Position numbers and translations under genes: made by a program
Notes under the pieces: generated by a model
Database searches by the model: none
Seen by the model: only the letters and a program-made list of their open reading frames with translations
Told to the model about the DNA's origin: nothing
In this document: one piece after another, positions 12,001-18,807 of the stretch
How positions within the stretch are numbered: position 1 is the stretch's first letter
How the letters are laid out: the number at the start of each line of letters is the position of its first letter
Origin: an uncultured virus (IMG/VR IMGVR_UViG_3300044634_004095)
Lineage: Duplodnaviria; Heunggongvirae; Uroviricota; Caudoviricetes
Length of the DNA stretch: 64,000 nt
Virus record (IMG/VR): IMGVR_UViG_3300044634_004095
Strand: one strand, 5' to 3'

Positions 12001-13671
12001 TTTTTCAATGTCTGACTCCAAATAGGATACGACATCTCCATTTTGCGTGACGATTATTCTATATTCAGTATCTTTATTTTTAACTTTTTTTGAAGCGAAT
12101 ATATCTCCATAGTCGTGAAGATTCAGTGGTGACAGTTGCTCCATACCGCTGGAAAACGCACCAACAAGCTCTCTGTCGTTACTTAATCTGCGCTCGTACC
12201 CAATTGTTACGTTTTTCTCCTGAAACAAACTAGTTGCCTGTTCAAAAGCAAGAAGTTCTTCCGCGCTTGAATCTGTTTCAAACACAGAATTACCATCTAC
12301 TCTTCTTTCTTCTATTAGGAGAGATATCCGTTTTCTCTCTTCTTCGCTAAACCAATTTTGCGTTTGGTCGTCAAGTCCATCTTTAATTACGCGAAGAAAA
12401 TCTTGTTTTGCTTTTTCTCCAGACCACGTAAATCCATTTTTTGGCCAGTGCGTTGCCCCAATTCGATTTCCCTCTTTGTCGGACAACCCGCCCGTATATA
12501 TTCTTTTTGCGTCAATCGCATTATATATTTTTTCATTACTTGCATTAAATAAGCTACCTATGCCAAGACCCTGTGATGGCTCGTTTAGAAAGAAAGTATC
12601 GTGGATAACTGTTATTCCAGAGTCTTTTTCTCTAGTATTAAACATTATTGTCCTGGAAGATGAACCAAACTGGATTCGGTCAAGTTCCGGAGTTCCTTCT
12701 GGGAGTGCATAAGCGTTTTCGAGCATTTCTTCTGGCACTCCGGCTTTCGCCAACCGATCCATTGCTTCCTCTGACGGAGCCAACCTCATGCGAAGCTTTA
12801 TATTCATAAATGTTTGTTTTTCGGAATCTTCATCAAAAATTGTTGTATATAGCTGTTCTTCTGCCTGTTCATTAATATCATTTAAATTTATGTCCGCTAG
12901 CTCAATATCCCAGCCCTTATATTTATTACCTGGCCGGACAGAAATGCGAACCGTTTTTCCTAAATTTATTTTTTCACCGTTTTTGGCGGTAACTACAATG
13001 TCTTTTTCCAGTTCTATTTCGCTATTAAAAATTTCCGCGAGCAAATCATGTATTCTTTTTTTTGCTTCCAACCGCTCCGGTGAGTCGGCCAGTTCTTTCG
13101 TGTCTTCGTCAAAAATGTCTTTGATTGTCGTGAATTCATCTTGCTCAACAAGCAAATCACTTCTTAGTAGTTCTTTTAGTTCTTCTATTTTCTGTAATTT
13201 TTCTTGCGTTAATTCGGGCCGGGAATCAACAAGCTCTTGATATGTTGCTCCAGAAGAAAAAGTGGTTGACCTATCTGGAGATTCCTCACCGCCAAAAAGC
13301 TGACTTCCTGACGATGGTCTGGTTTTTTTGGGGGAAAGTTCCGAATCCCTAGTGCTCTGTTTTGGTTTTTTACCCTCGGATGCAGTGCCAACATATATTG
13401 GCTTTGTTGTTCCTTCGTCAGCCCAGCCGTCACCGTCTGGGTCTCTTCTTGAGCCAGTCGGCTTTCTTGTGCCGGGCTTACCTCCGGTGGGTAGGTCTAT
13501 GTCTCCCTGGCTGCGCCCGCCGCGACGACGGCCAAGGCTAGGAATCCCGGAAAGCCTGTTTGAAGCATAGGAAGCAAGACGTCGACCAAGAGCTTTTTCC
13601 TCAAGGTCTGGTTCGCGGCCTTTGCGTGATTCATCAAAGGGGATGAGAAATTCATTTTCTTCACTTGACAT
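1..13671 (-). CDS. Giant polyvalent protein (>=4557 aa, 3' end beyond the window): 4 GNAT, 3 ADP-ribosyltransferase-like, DEDDh exonuclease, zincin peptidase, duplicated unknown domain, DUF3626-like domain
   Basis: ATG at 13671 (MSSEENEFLIPF...). Manual translation found no in-frame stop. The ORF track lists no minus-strand ORF in this frame, consistent with an ORF open to the edge. Motifs read: SQGLGIG, HRRRGIA, LRNSGIS, FKRMGIG, VYRAVP..GDWVS, IDYETTG..HSAEQD, HELVH, AYRG..SSWS..ESEIV, RPIYG..YIEAQVH. Confidence 0.9.
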   Translation of the reverse strand, partial: MSSEENEFLIPFDESRKGREPDLEEKALGRRLASYASNRLSGIPSLGRRRGGRSQGDIDLPTGGKPGTRKPTGSRRDPDGDGWADEGTTKPIYVGTASEGKKPKQSTRDSELSPKKTRPSSGSQLFGGEESPDRSTTFSSGATYQELVDSRPELTQEKLQKIEELKELLRSDLLVEQDEFTTIKDIFDEDTKELADSPERLEAKKRIHDLLAEIFNSEIELEKDIVVTAKNGEKINLGKTVRISVRPGNKYKGWDIELADINLNDINEQAEEQLYTTIFDEDSEKQTFMNIKLRMRLAPSEEAMDRLAKAGVPEEMLENAYALPEGTPELDRIQFGSSSRTIMFNTREKDSGITVIHDTFFLNEPSQGLGIGSLFNASNEKIYNAIDAKRIYTGGLSDKEGNRIGATHWPKNGFTWSGEKAKQDFLRVIKDGLDDQTQNWFSEEERKRISLLIEERRVDGNSVFETDSSAEELLAFEQATSLFQEKNVTIGYERRLSNDRELVGAFSSGMEQLSPLNLHDYGDIFASKKVKNKDTEYRIIVTQNGDVVSYLESDIEKERNSLAKIFDEQGENPFNKKKSPIGPNDVDDQDVLRSLTGKGTAPVIARMSVWAPNDGQLEVLEIQTRRGHRRRGIAAEMFYTQREAFPEFNLQHSNALSDDGRAFAEATPANRPLNGLLNTISNLHEFYNLDKNTSIDFEDREISSVDGGSDTFSSGANYETEVERQKLDGEKLTNAFDTRDMIVNFVLPSIQWRSGKLFTPENKNIEQPERFSYLEFADDDSLKDNFLQSLNKLFNNISIPLRNNVVVESSSGERFNLGSELLIDVSRSNIFAQEELPLSSQVSSVDYGASVVASGESLPVYVDVKLSFPQENVAGTNVQELSDVGTASFKLSITNTGLSVDLNQIFVKPELRNSGISTSFMAYSENIWKALEVDSISLTGRSDIVKDSPFGDAYSSNGATYWGMNGFEWNGAASRSKMVGALHRQLLAENNDTATKKYFTKTEREQLLSGYYTENGMTYSSFKNPEEMLSKANKESLSTFFSELNNGNGIEVGYRRVIDKERYQKNQDLRLKLLLDRLPASVVDEWSTSEMNSRNAATKNKLPLASGEISPIKFLSSAVKDHDNKFSSGQKVTIEIERLGKDKPFDDPVGFNVGGKRFTLSHGGDSPGRDQYNGYLAAFDESGKLAGYIDYNSESIDSTAVVAMIEVGEDFKRMGIGSALLDALRISMPTYEISAGATTDDGDKWWKAATGGTGPVKGPRRSALINVTDRRFDSKLGSDRFSSGTSDVPFSKDEDYRGFHQAPDRNSGAPMHNIADGMYPEEVYGPNGAALYASTDPLAPEALRIIKQIKGKPEALVTVYRAVPLLPNERIKELETQKSHILQYGRVPKYVSADISDINEYYDEISREIEMLRNAKHIDKNLKINAGDWVSPLRSYAKLHGDSNLGGKGKYRIVSQRVKAKHLFTEGNSLLEFGYDPDDNPRRLSSGEVKMPSFPREPSYGPFIGEADFIFGEAKTWRELREIFNNRDIIFIDYETTGIDFDRFRERASNGKPVEIALVKMRGGKVIDKLNLFMNPTEPLREWSRLNLYRTDGEPLTDEWLAQQMSIQDAHRMVAEFAGPGAIMGVQNAIFDKNVLEDALAEAGIMWRPSGYIDSLDMAQMVLPKYSEENKDGPSVIRGDTRVASTTLSALAEYLEVRLDRHHSAEQDATAAGMVMHAMINQAESRGWDNRILDRAQREDFLDERTKNFQTAREEFDAAKRRFINFESETARFSSGDDDRPILDVGIPPAKPDRDRPIIKIDPLLKPLRRDELEQLKRHQSMDYRYGQITEMGVELRISTPGFLQGLSSSQIANLMVPSSEDEYMEIIFDLFPIPPSNWASPEEIRTLMRKLIIELLKSRKTEIDFSPQNVNLLRKAVEASLDASPELKWLMETFGSPPIVKNIQTDDSLSAAWLDQLVPTLNIVAAWEAIETGRTSQGEIDLTSEFSIGSTTVMDRSISAVFKHELVHYIHMRAMIEAELGGVFATNPAALPYRDLKATGRQYIRDYGTAEGRAARYRGLRVAEEYYSFEPLIDQQSIQKSTLAKDPNGAGFDEQWLNLPFASTAHSYGNTNLIEALAEGAVAVLHPDPTAQERWITKKLRDDARAFLGLRDGETPWKEIEERDRLIKRTSIGTNLRSAARDRIDVARSQIRKVIDMRLSSGAERQRRIPQNTNQSSSSKLRLVNNPKGRDRSGPASSLAMEMLGPNRREILKNEDLRFSSGGPAQVYPAGAFNKQTQKTLLSNVYQDRNGKDVRMRGEVHAIGNDKIYFGHIPEKIKSQITDKEIKIIPLNPYVISGLSPTSAEGRDTAIRWIAARAARYESSGDQASTYVDALLYAGMRGDADSMLEFEDLAKKGELLIEEQRRIQTEGRLSPAQIKYFQATADEKGIGNLSIDDLYVVHETTYDIVKDEAGNVLLRPAGDYGYIPTEDGGVYKHHRQTIHFTLNHLARGHSFRERKSKSNIIVTPLRSVIEDNPGALENLFVIDSWFVPEPEKPLVLRGATILENNESSENVDEELRQLLLSFGTNSFDGGETGGSSSNDHQDLKVGQIATELMVTARGHFNSNSHDIEKVTDDEDKLRNLIVDPISWAVLSDNHRARIANTSDRFITHDEYEEGSAERRNFASGSDRRIDEITGRTVGGVYLGPRDRIVLRRPSKRSGVSTRQRNSFREQRMRLSSGANDIDRIGTVSKDPVAEVKGKIYARPDRNETTDTLVPVHDINGKQIAFTRDSIDAPGVLRLPVNPYVISNTSPKSKEGREFARLWFMATVAQVDEDRSRESRTSALLYAAARGDRDALAELERLSAVAEKIFTDRRENFFSSSPRYSLGGVRPEDRDDAWWVNNYRAGDIMVTTEKDQYESKTRILKFDDLFLVHETVHKPQIDKDGNLRIYPNGDYDVVNQDTQQVVINPYTGEPLRTNRHSVHFSLNHLVQGHLYRPSAQGKSYAIVSQMKKVNEDNPGSLENLYVVDSYLTPPPEDGILFSAGTYRVIELPAVADYSKVEKPEGLQYEWTPEQQQVWESAFAETMKERQRLVNEALGEAGVQATGNSKYVTPILPGGEDGSKENIDLKMRDIAFDLRVDSRPHSGSTQLKLESITAFTSDPKIKDIFRIGEDDRLQQDTLLYLLSENAILRIANNDRFSTSRNDYSTPVDESGQTAFFSGGEILSNINEIVDPDSARSQIRSAGTGPERISIPEAWFKDEFPMSVMIARFPNMHFRKESGYGNQYRYVPTSGELDSSSDALDKLNDRNRMSNFLIRSHWHPGIVPSDTELGDTLNLWRSSFAESRKISRHLAGEVENLENVPEDAALYRAAEIIRNGLESAPPIGHRTYRVARLTPDVGSVVNIGEELNFRAAAVASGINDAIKYEYDELSAIRSIPEKFIFEFPDDTRGIFFDEQGLSARGKPSAEGGNYGIVEGIVSGKFKVSGIEKRQIKNPYSKRMMDRDVVVLEKISDSFSSGEEAKKSKYMVEDDNGQIFFKPGASPKLKAQKTNNGQVTASTWDINSDLLDDIHKITRQQDMDMAVSPASRAKSFIAKNISRQMNVSLREIVDAFVEKGRAKPVIQNFLSDDPRDFDRLPFITDGDSFQRVVEILVDVEDGGTGKFLLNITDGQIFNEKTRVDEVTDLTLEKRKELHEIFVQPIIDMGEDEYRNRVDEEIYSVVSKLETINYWENKKFYFDFQTEAMTKIYSTISGNPEEVDVKLMDSIVENYEKFPKFFEQLSSLMYNTNFTSALNLGFYQYVKTGKIKADQFWEAFVDGELPLKGTPFPLSENRYYLSGFIDQETFIKSYFGQDIISKDSSDFENILKEQIVSELIRSWSISANDENPVSLAIQHVARGMFSLDEAVGWQVKPSATTADLFQSSALSLSKPGFLRTLAEEDIISNGSQKYDSAPELTPSQAQVLQEFISSMYQSTQEYYKSKGITHVPAYRGSLMTVEQSGYDSRRITKIPETNEPLLFEASIESRPISSWSTNRNTAFDFADLRMAGVEEEVPHIYFTYIPIEEILANPFTGMGCLNESEIVTLGKKRKAIVTQIHELPNGPSALSDKFAEIERKFISGDVDWGTYDLPEARLSSGSDEYSGSGKRENTGRNRFKSGEIYSHIKNTNARVIAGLGLEEGKKSVDADFRKPTNSLEVAKNEGRPLSWLLNETIDPEIGESMGELIDELLNNKDFKFYFKYNQIHPYASVRTPDITGEVRRQLLISKIKMLEILQRKYSDLREFEADIIANGLLQRATTIATRTLWAEREAKELGVTVSSLIEKMINQTRRLTDYYFQLTDSDFVPKTFGTMRRGPFKEDRVVIALDMDALEEIFDGTGDDRRILSQFEAGRSNGAYDPGYRAAQEVSMFGYHPSMEPRLRPIYGFATYGGIGEEMEDIGLGYGQFLVVLKPSVNSRSTVSEVDSLSTMASASSFNAPGFGMRAMSDQYIDLDDDIFGGEIKTAVDYIEAQVHPGNGKSGVTKDDIAYILLRDDDEISAEQQLEMQEKLGVPVRRFEEEISLSDQDYNSGVVYI

Positions 13672-13714
13672 TTAGAGCAATAATACCATTTGTTGATGGC
13701 TTAAAATGCGGAAA

Positions 13715-14074
13715 CTAAAGCCTTTGGCCACACTTTGTGCATATTTTTGCCCAAGGGTAAAAACGCGTCATATTCATAGGGTGATCACATTCTAAAATAC
13801 GCTTAGCCTCTACGTTTAGCGCATTTCTTATCCACGCTGACAGCGATATCTGCTCATGTGTTGACGCTTCTTTCCATCTATTGCGTTCAGCATCCGTTGT
13901 TCGTATTAGGACCTGCTTGTCGGAAGGATTGCCATTCTCGTTTGGGTTCCCTCGGGCAATCGTCGGTTCAAGGTTTTCAGCAACCTTGTTCATGGCTGCA
14001 ACTATGTTGTTTTCTTCGTCGCTACTCATTCTCTTCCTCGGTCTCGTTGATATCTTCAACAATCTCAGCATCAA
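13715..14074 (-). CDS. Small DNA-binding protein (ribbon-helix-helix-like) with C-terminal Cys/His ribbon; true start may be at MSSDEENN
   Basis: QVLIRTTDAERNRWKEAS...SLSAWIRNALN pattern, plus CDH...CTKC. Confidence 0.5.
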   Translation of the reverse strand: MMLRLLKISTRPRKRMSSDEENNIVAAMNKVAENLEPTIARGNPNENGNPSDKQVLIRTTDAERNRWKEASTHEQISLSAWIRNALNVEAKRILECDHPMNMTRFYPWAKICTKCGQRL

Positions 14075-14654
14075 TTATTTCCGATTCGCTCTCTCCCATG
14101 AGGGCTTTTACAGTTCCTTCAGGCAAAACTCCTGCTATTGCCATTAGTTCTAGAAGTTTTCTTGCCTCTGATTCTGGATCAAACCCGGTAGATGGCTTTA
14201 TAACACCAGGCTGGCCAGCGATTGTCGCTCTAACTTGTTGATTATTATTGTCAACCTGAACATTTACATTTGTCTGCTCCATGCCCATTAGCTTACTTCT
14301 TCTGTCCATGATGGATAGGACTTGCTGAATGGCTTTCATGTCTGGTTCGACTTGAACTTCTGTCCCGTCATCCATGACCACTCGTCGATGCTGTGTCATC
14401 GGCCAAATTGCTTGTTGCAGGTTGTCAAGCCTTTCAAGCTCCAGCCTGAGAACCTCGGGGTAGGCAAGAATTGCCTCTCTGTTCATTTTTTGGAGCTGTC
14501 GCTCAATGGACCTAGAGACGCTAGGGGCAGACATACCAAATCTTCTTGCTATCTCGGTTACAGAAGTTCCAGCTTGTCGCATCTTGAATATGCGAAGATC
14601 ACGTTCGCTTAGGAATTCTTTTGTAGTTATTGGCTTAGCTTTATCGTCACTCAT
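14022..14654 (-). CDS. HTH DNA-binding protein, possibly terminase small subunit-like
   Basis: N-terminal HTH (GTSVTEIARRFGMSAPSVSRSI) followed by a helical LELERLD...IMDRRSKLMG region typical of actinophage HTH/TerS-like proteins. Confidence 0.55.
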   Translation of the reverse strand: MSDDKAKPITTKEFLSERDLRIFKMRQAGTSVTEIARRFGMSAPSVSRSIERQLQKMNREAILAYPEVLRLELERLDNLQQAIWPMTQHRRVVMDDGTEVQVEPDMKAIQQVLSIMDRRSKLMGMEQTNVNVQVDNNNQQVRATIAGQPGVIKPSTGFDPESEARKLLELMAIAGVLPEGTVKALMGESESEIIDAEIVEDINETEEENE

Positions 14655-16491
14655 TGCTTATTTTGGCCCACTCCGTAACTTCGAAGGGGAACATCCCTCC
14701 ACGTTTCATTTTAGTCGGCCAATTACGTTCGTCACGTGCACCACGAAAATGCTTAATATCGTAACCATACTCACCGACACACATCGGATCAGGCTGAAGT
14801 GAAATTCCAAATTCAGGCCACCTAGACCAGACTGCAGACCCAAAAGGGCGCAGATCGCGAGAGCTCCCAGAGGCGCCGAGAGGGGCATGATGCTCAATCC
14901 AAAGAGCACAGCCATAAATCACCCGAATCTGATCTAAATACCTTGCCATCTCAATCGCCACCGCCTCGGAAGTCCGAGAACCAGGGTCGACAAAAGCTTT
15001 GTAAAGTGGACCAATAAGGAGCAATTCTGGCTGTATTTCCTCTAGTGCATTTTCGAGCAGGGCCCTGTCTGCCCCTCTGAGCAGATCCATGCCGGACGGT
15101 TTTGTATAAAGATATGAATCAAGTCTTTTGCTGCCAGACCGAGTCATCGCTACGTTGGCGATCTTTCTACTTGTTCTTCTAATAATTGTGTCTGGATTTT
15201 CCAAGTCAATAGTCAAAGTTCTTATTGGGCGCATCGGCTGGTAAGAGAATGGATGTATTCCTGCCCCTCCGAGTATGGCTACCTGCCTGGCTAACATTGT
15301 CTTGCCGACGCCCTCCGCTGCAACCACTATTACGCGTTCCCCACGCTCGATGATATGCGGAATGACCCATTCGTACGTGTCTCGATCTGCTTCGGCAAGA
15401 AGATCATTCCACTGGATTAATCGACCTGCGTCAAGAACTGGACCCGATCCCGAAGACGAGATGATCAAACTTGATTTAGCCAACTTGAGTTTTGAACTTA
15501 AATCTTCCCTAGATAAAAGATCCTGAAGCTTTTCGATGGCTTCATCTTCAAACGATATTTCGTGTTCAGGCTCTTCTGATTCATTCAAAACAGCAGAATC
15601 TTGATTTTCATTGGACAGGGCTGTGTGGTCGACGAAGACGCCTTCGTCTTCGACGGGTTCCAACTCGTCTATTCCTTTCCCCGCTTCAATGTGATCTGTA
15701 ATGTCTTTATGAGTGGGAGAAATCCAAACTTGAGCTTCACACCCAGCTGCTCGCAACCTACGACAAACATCAACCGCATGCTGTATCCCAACGTCGTCGT
15801 GGTCAGCAATTATTTCTACTGTTTTAGCTCCACTGAGGGTTTCTGTATGAAGATCAAGCCAGCTTCCAGCACCATTAGGCATTGTCGTTGCAACTTGGCC
15901 TAGCGAAATGAGGGTATTTGCGTCTTTTTCTCCTTCGACTACCCATATTGTTTCGTCATTATTTTTAGCGCGAACAACTTCTGGCAAGTTATAAAGAACT
16001 TTTGGGATATCCGAAGCGCTATAAATCCAACCTCCGTTACCGTCTGGTTTCCTTTGTCTAAAAGTTTTCCGTCCAGCATCGTCGACCAGTCGTATTTTCT
16101 GAAAGAGTAAATTGCCGTCTTCATCCGTATAGTCGTAAGACTCAACGAACTTTGTTTTAGGAGCCGCTTTCACGGCTTTTTGTTGCCTTGGAATGATGGG
16201 TGGCTTTTCCCCACTAAAACGAGAAATATCAAGAACGCTTGGCGGGTCAGATTGAGGCATCAGATCGGATACCTTGATCCCCACTGAAGTACATATCTTT
16301 TCGACGTCGCAGGAAAGCCCCCGGTGGCACTTTATGAGTGTTCTACCATCATCCCCTTGCCCCACGGACAGCGACGGGTTGTCGTCGTCGTCTCTACAAG
16401 GGCAGCATGCCTGCCATCCCCCTGAAGTTTTTCTCACACCCTGCAATCTGTTAAGAAAGTTAAGAGTTTGCGTCGAAGGCGAGGTCGTCAT
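14647..16491 (-). CDS. DNA primase-helicase (Zn-binding + TOPRIM + RecA/AAA_25 ATPase)
   Basis: CCPC..D..PSLS..CH..C, VEGEKD and ADHDDVG TOPRIM motifs, Walker A AAEGVGKT. Confidence 0.88.
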   Translation of the reverse strand: MTTSPSTQTLNFLNRLQGVRKTSGGWQACCPCRDDDDNPSLSVGQGDDGRTLIKCHRGLSCDVEKICTSVGIKVSDLMPQSDPPSVLDISRFSGEKPPIIPRQQKAVKAAPKTKFVESYDYTDEDGNLLFQKIRLVDDAGRKTFRQRKPDGNGGWIYSASDIPKVLYNLPEVVRAKNNDETIWVVEGEKDANTLISLGQVATTMPNGAGSWLDLHTETLSGAKTVEIIADHDDVGIQHAVDVCRRLRAAGCEAQVWISPTHKDITDHIEAGKGIDELEPVEDEGVFVDHTALSNENQDSAVLNESEEPEHEISFEDEAIEKLQDLLSREDLSSKLKLAKSSLIISSSGSGPVLDAGRLIQWNDLLAEADRDTYEWVIPHIIERGERVIVVAAEGVGKTMLARQVAILGGAGIHPFSYQPMRPIRTLTIDLENPDTIIRRTSRKIANVAMTRSGSKRLDSYLYTKPSGMDLLRGADRALLENALEEIQPELLLIGPLYKAFVDPGSRTSEAVAIEMARYLDQIRVIYGCALWIEHHAPLGASGSSRDLRPFGSAVWSRWPEFGISLQPDPMCVGEYGYDIKHFRGARDERNWPTKMKRGGMFPFEVTEWAKISNE

Positions 16492-16829
16492 CTCGCATCT
16501 CGCAATCTTGGAATCACTGGATCAAATGGCTCTCTTTGAACCATGAGAATATTGTGTCGTTTTCTTAATAGTTTGCGCTCACGCTCCGTGGTTCCGCCCC
16601 AGATGCCAAAAATTTCATGATACAGCGCATAATTTAAACACGGATCGATTTGCTTGCAGTCACTGCATATCGCTTTTGCTAAGTTCGTTTGCTCATTTGC
16701 TTTTCGATACTGGACAGAGAAATCTCTTCCCTTGCTTCTTTCCGCATGAGGAAACCACATTTTTACATCTTTACCGATGCAGTCGCCTCCAGTTGGGGGT
16801 GTATCGATCCGTTCGTGTGTTGGTCTCAT
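16488..16829 (-). CDS. whiB: WhiB family Fe-S transcriptional regulator
   Basis: Four Cys (C...CSDC.....C) and the GIWGG motif. Start moved to ATG 16829, which has a GGAGGGG RBS. Confidence 0.9.
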   Translation of the reverse strand: MRPTHERIDTPPTGGDCIGKDVKMWFPHAERSKGRDFSVQYRKANEQTNLAKAICSDCKQIDPCLNYALYHEIFGIWGGTTERERKLLRKRHNILMVQREPFDPVIPRLRDAR

Positions 16830-16858
16830 TTCCCCTCCTATGGATTTAATTTTGCATA

Positions 16859-17281
16859 CTACCTTGGCGTTACGATTCTTGTCACATCTGCAGCAGATAA
16901 ATATATAACACAATTTCTAACAACCAAAGATCCAGCAACATCTTCAACCGAAAGACCGATTGCGTCAATTGGGACATTGAACCTAGCGGCCAATGTGGCA
17001 CGAATTTTTTCCACTCTTAGTTCTTCATCAACAAGACTTGGTCCATCATCGTACGAGGAGAGAGGAGTTGGTTGAGGAGAAAAAAGACCCCTTAATTCTT
17101 CTTCTCGCCCATCTGTGCGCAAACACAAGACACAAGTTATCTCCTCTGTCCTGGCTGCTCTTTTTCTACTTTCTGTATGTCCACAGTCAAGCGTGTGTAG
17201 ATACTGAAATTTACCCCAGGCACCAACGCGATCGACGCTGACAACACGGCGACGTGGGGCGCGCCTGTGTTCAGTTGTCAT
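16859..17281 (-). CDS. Hypothetical protein with CGH...CxxC motif
   Basis: 140 aa ORF, co-oriented with its neighbours. Confidence 0.6.
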   Translation of the reverse strand: MTTEHRRAPRRRVVSVDRVGAWGKFQYLHTLDCGHTESRKRAARTEEITCVLCLRTDGREEELRGLFSPQPTPLSSYDDGPSLVDEELRVEKIRATLAARFNVPIDAIGLSVEDVAGSLVVRNCVIYLSAADVTRIVTPR

Positions 17282-17290
17282 TTAAGGTCT

Positions 17291-17656
17291 TTATTTTTTT
17301 TTCGATTTAGTCAATCGAATTTTATTTAGGAATCTACGAATCCAGCTTTTTACGGCAACTACTTCAATATTCACTCCAGCTATTTCTTCAACATTCGACT
17401 CGACGCGGTTAATGACAGAATCAATAACTTCGACCATCTCTGTATGAAGTTTTTCGCTCTCTTTGTCAATTGCTAAAGCTGCCGAGGTGATTGTGTCATC
17501 GATAACTTCTTCGATGAACTTTGGGGCTTTGGGCTTGGCTGGTTTTTTGCTAGCTGTTGACTTGCTTGGCTGGCTCTTCTTTGTTTGTGCACTTGATTTT
17601 TTATGAGCACTTTTTTTAGAAGTTGTTTTTTTTGTTATTTTTTTATCTTCGGTCAT
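17291..17656 (-). CDS. Hypothetical protein with Lys-rich N-terminus
   Basis: Start placed at MTEDKK, preceded by TTGCAC-N18-TATTGT-N6-ATG. Confidence 0.6.
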   Translation of the reverse strand: MTEDKKITKKTTSKKSAHKKSSAQTKKSQPSKSTASKKPAKPKAPKFIEEVIDDTITSAALAIDKESEKLHTEMVEVIDSVINRVESNVEEIAGVNIEVVAVKSWIRRFLNKIRLTKSKKK

Positions 17657-17742
17657 GCCACAACAATAGCCGAAATTTTGCCTCCCGTGCAACACATAAA
17701 CTATTTACGATTTTTTTTAAAATCCATGTTTAGTATTTAGTC

Positions 17743-18378
17743 ATGGAGGAGTATGTCAACGATTTTGCCAAAATGGCGCTGGCCCTTGCCTCGGCGCAGC
17801 TTGCCAAAGAAACGGCAATCAAGGAGCAAGGAATTGGGGAAGACCTTAAAGCGCATTTTATGGGATGGAATGAAGAAGACTTAACGATCGTCGCCCAGAT
17901 GAAAGAAGATGTTTCCAGGTACTCCCAGGCAGACAGATTTGAAAGATGTGCAATACTCTGTAAAATCCTTAGAAAACATTGGTGGGTGTCTTCCCTGACG
18001 ATGGTGAGTGAAGGCTATTGCTCCCTGGACTACCCAACGACGGAAAATTACGATTTAGCAGTTGCCTATGCCGACACGTCACTTCCTGTTTTTGAGTGCA
18101 TTACTGTAATTCACGTCACCCTTGACGAGTCTGGAATAATTTCCCCTGTATCTATGGTGGCCGCCCCTTACGTGACGAAGATTGGGAGGGTTGTGGAGTG
18201 GCAGGACGTTCTAGTGTATCCGGAAATAACTGCCAAAAACCTTAGACAATACAAGTACCCATTAATGCTCACAAATTCTATGATGGAGCGATTGTCGGAA
18301 GATTCAAACGAAGAAACAATAATGCAAGCAAGAGCAGAAGTCGAACAATGCGGTTTCTTATTGCAAGAATTATATTAA
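17743..18378 (+). CDS. Hypothetical protein
   Basis: 211 aa ORF with a TAGTAT-N6-ATG leaderless start. Confidence 0.7.
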   Translation: MEEYVNDFAKMALALASAQLAKETAIKEQGIGEDLKAHFMGWNEEDLTIVAQMKEDVSRYSQADRFERCAILCKILRKHWWVSSLTMVSEGYCSLDYPTTENYDLAVAYADTSLPVFECITVIHVTLDESGIISPVSMVAAPYVTKIGRVVEWQDVLVYPEITAKNLRQYKYPLMLTNSMMERLSEDSNEETIMQARAEVEQCGFLLQELY

Positions 18379-18391
18379 GTACAATAATTAA

Positions 18392-18718
18392 ATGAACGCG
18401 TTTTATGAAAGCCCTAGCTTCGGAGGAAGCGAAGATTACGAAATTCTTGACGGGGTTAAAGTATCGCGAGCCGATAGAGCCCCTTGCCCGGTCTGTGGTC
18501 ACTCCACCGGCGATTGCGCACCGCCTGACGAAGTAGGCCCAGGCATCATTTTTGGGTACAACACAAATTCCACATTGGACGATACTCAAACGTTCGTTGT
18601 CCCTGAAGACATCTATGATCAAAGAGAAATTGCGCCAGGCGTAACTATGCGGCTACTTCTTTACAAGCAAGGAAAAGTAATTCCGCTTATCAAGGCCAAG
18701 GAGTTGGGGCTTATTTAA
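18392..18718 (+). CDS. Hypothetical protein with CPVCGH..GDC motif
   Basis: 108 aa ORF with TACAAT-N6-ATG. Confidence 0.7.
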   Translation: MNAFYESPSFGGSEDYEILDGVKVSRADRAPCPVCGHSTGDCAPPDEVGPGIIFGYNTNSTLDDTQTFVVPEDIYDQREIAPGVTMRLLLYKQGKVIPLIKAKELGLI

Positions 18719-18807
18719 AAATTTTTATTTCGCTGGACTTTTTCACTATTCAATATTGGGCTACACTGAACAGTTCCAAATCAAAACAATATTAGCTAGG
18801 AAAAAAA

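Noticed and set aside
441..13570. Many short ORFs in the track, mostly + strand
   Set aside because: They are antisense or off-frame shadows of the continuous minus-strand giant ORF, Ser-rich and without motifs.
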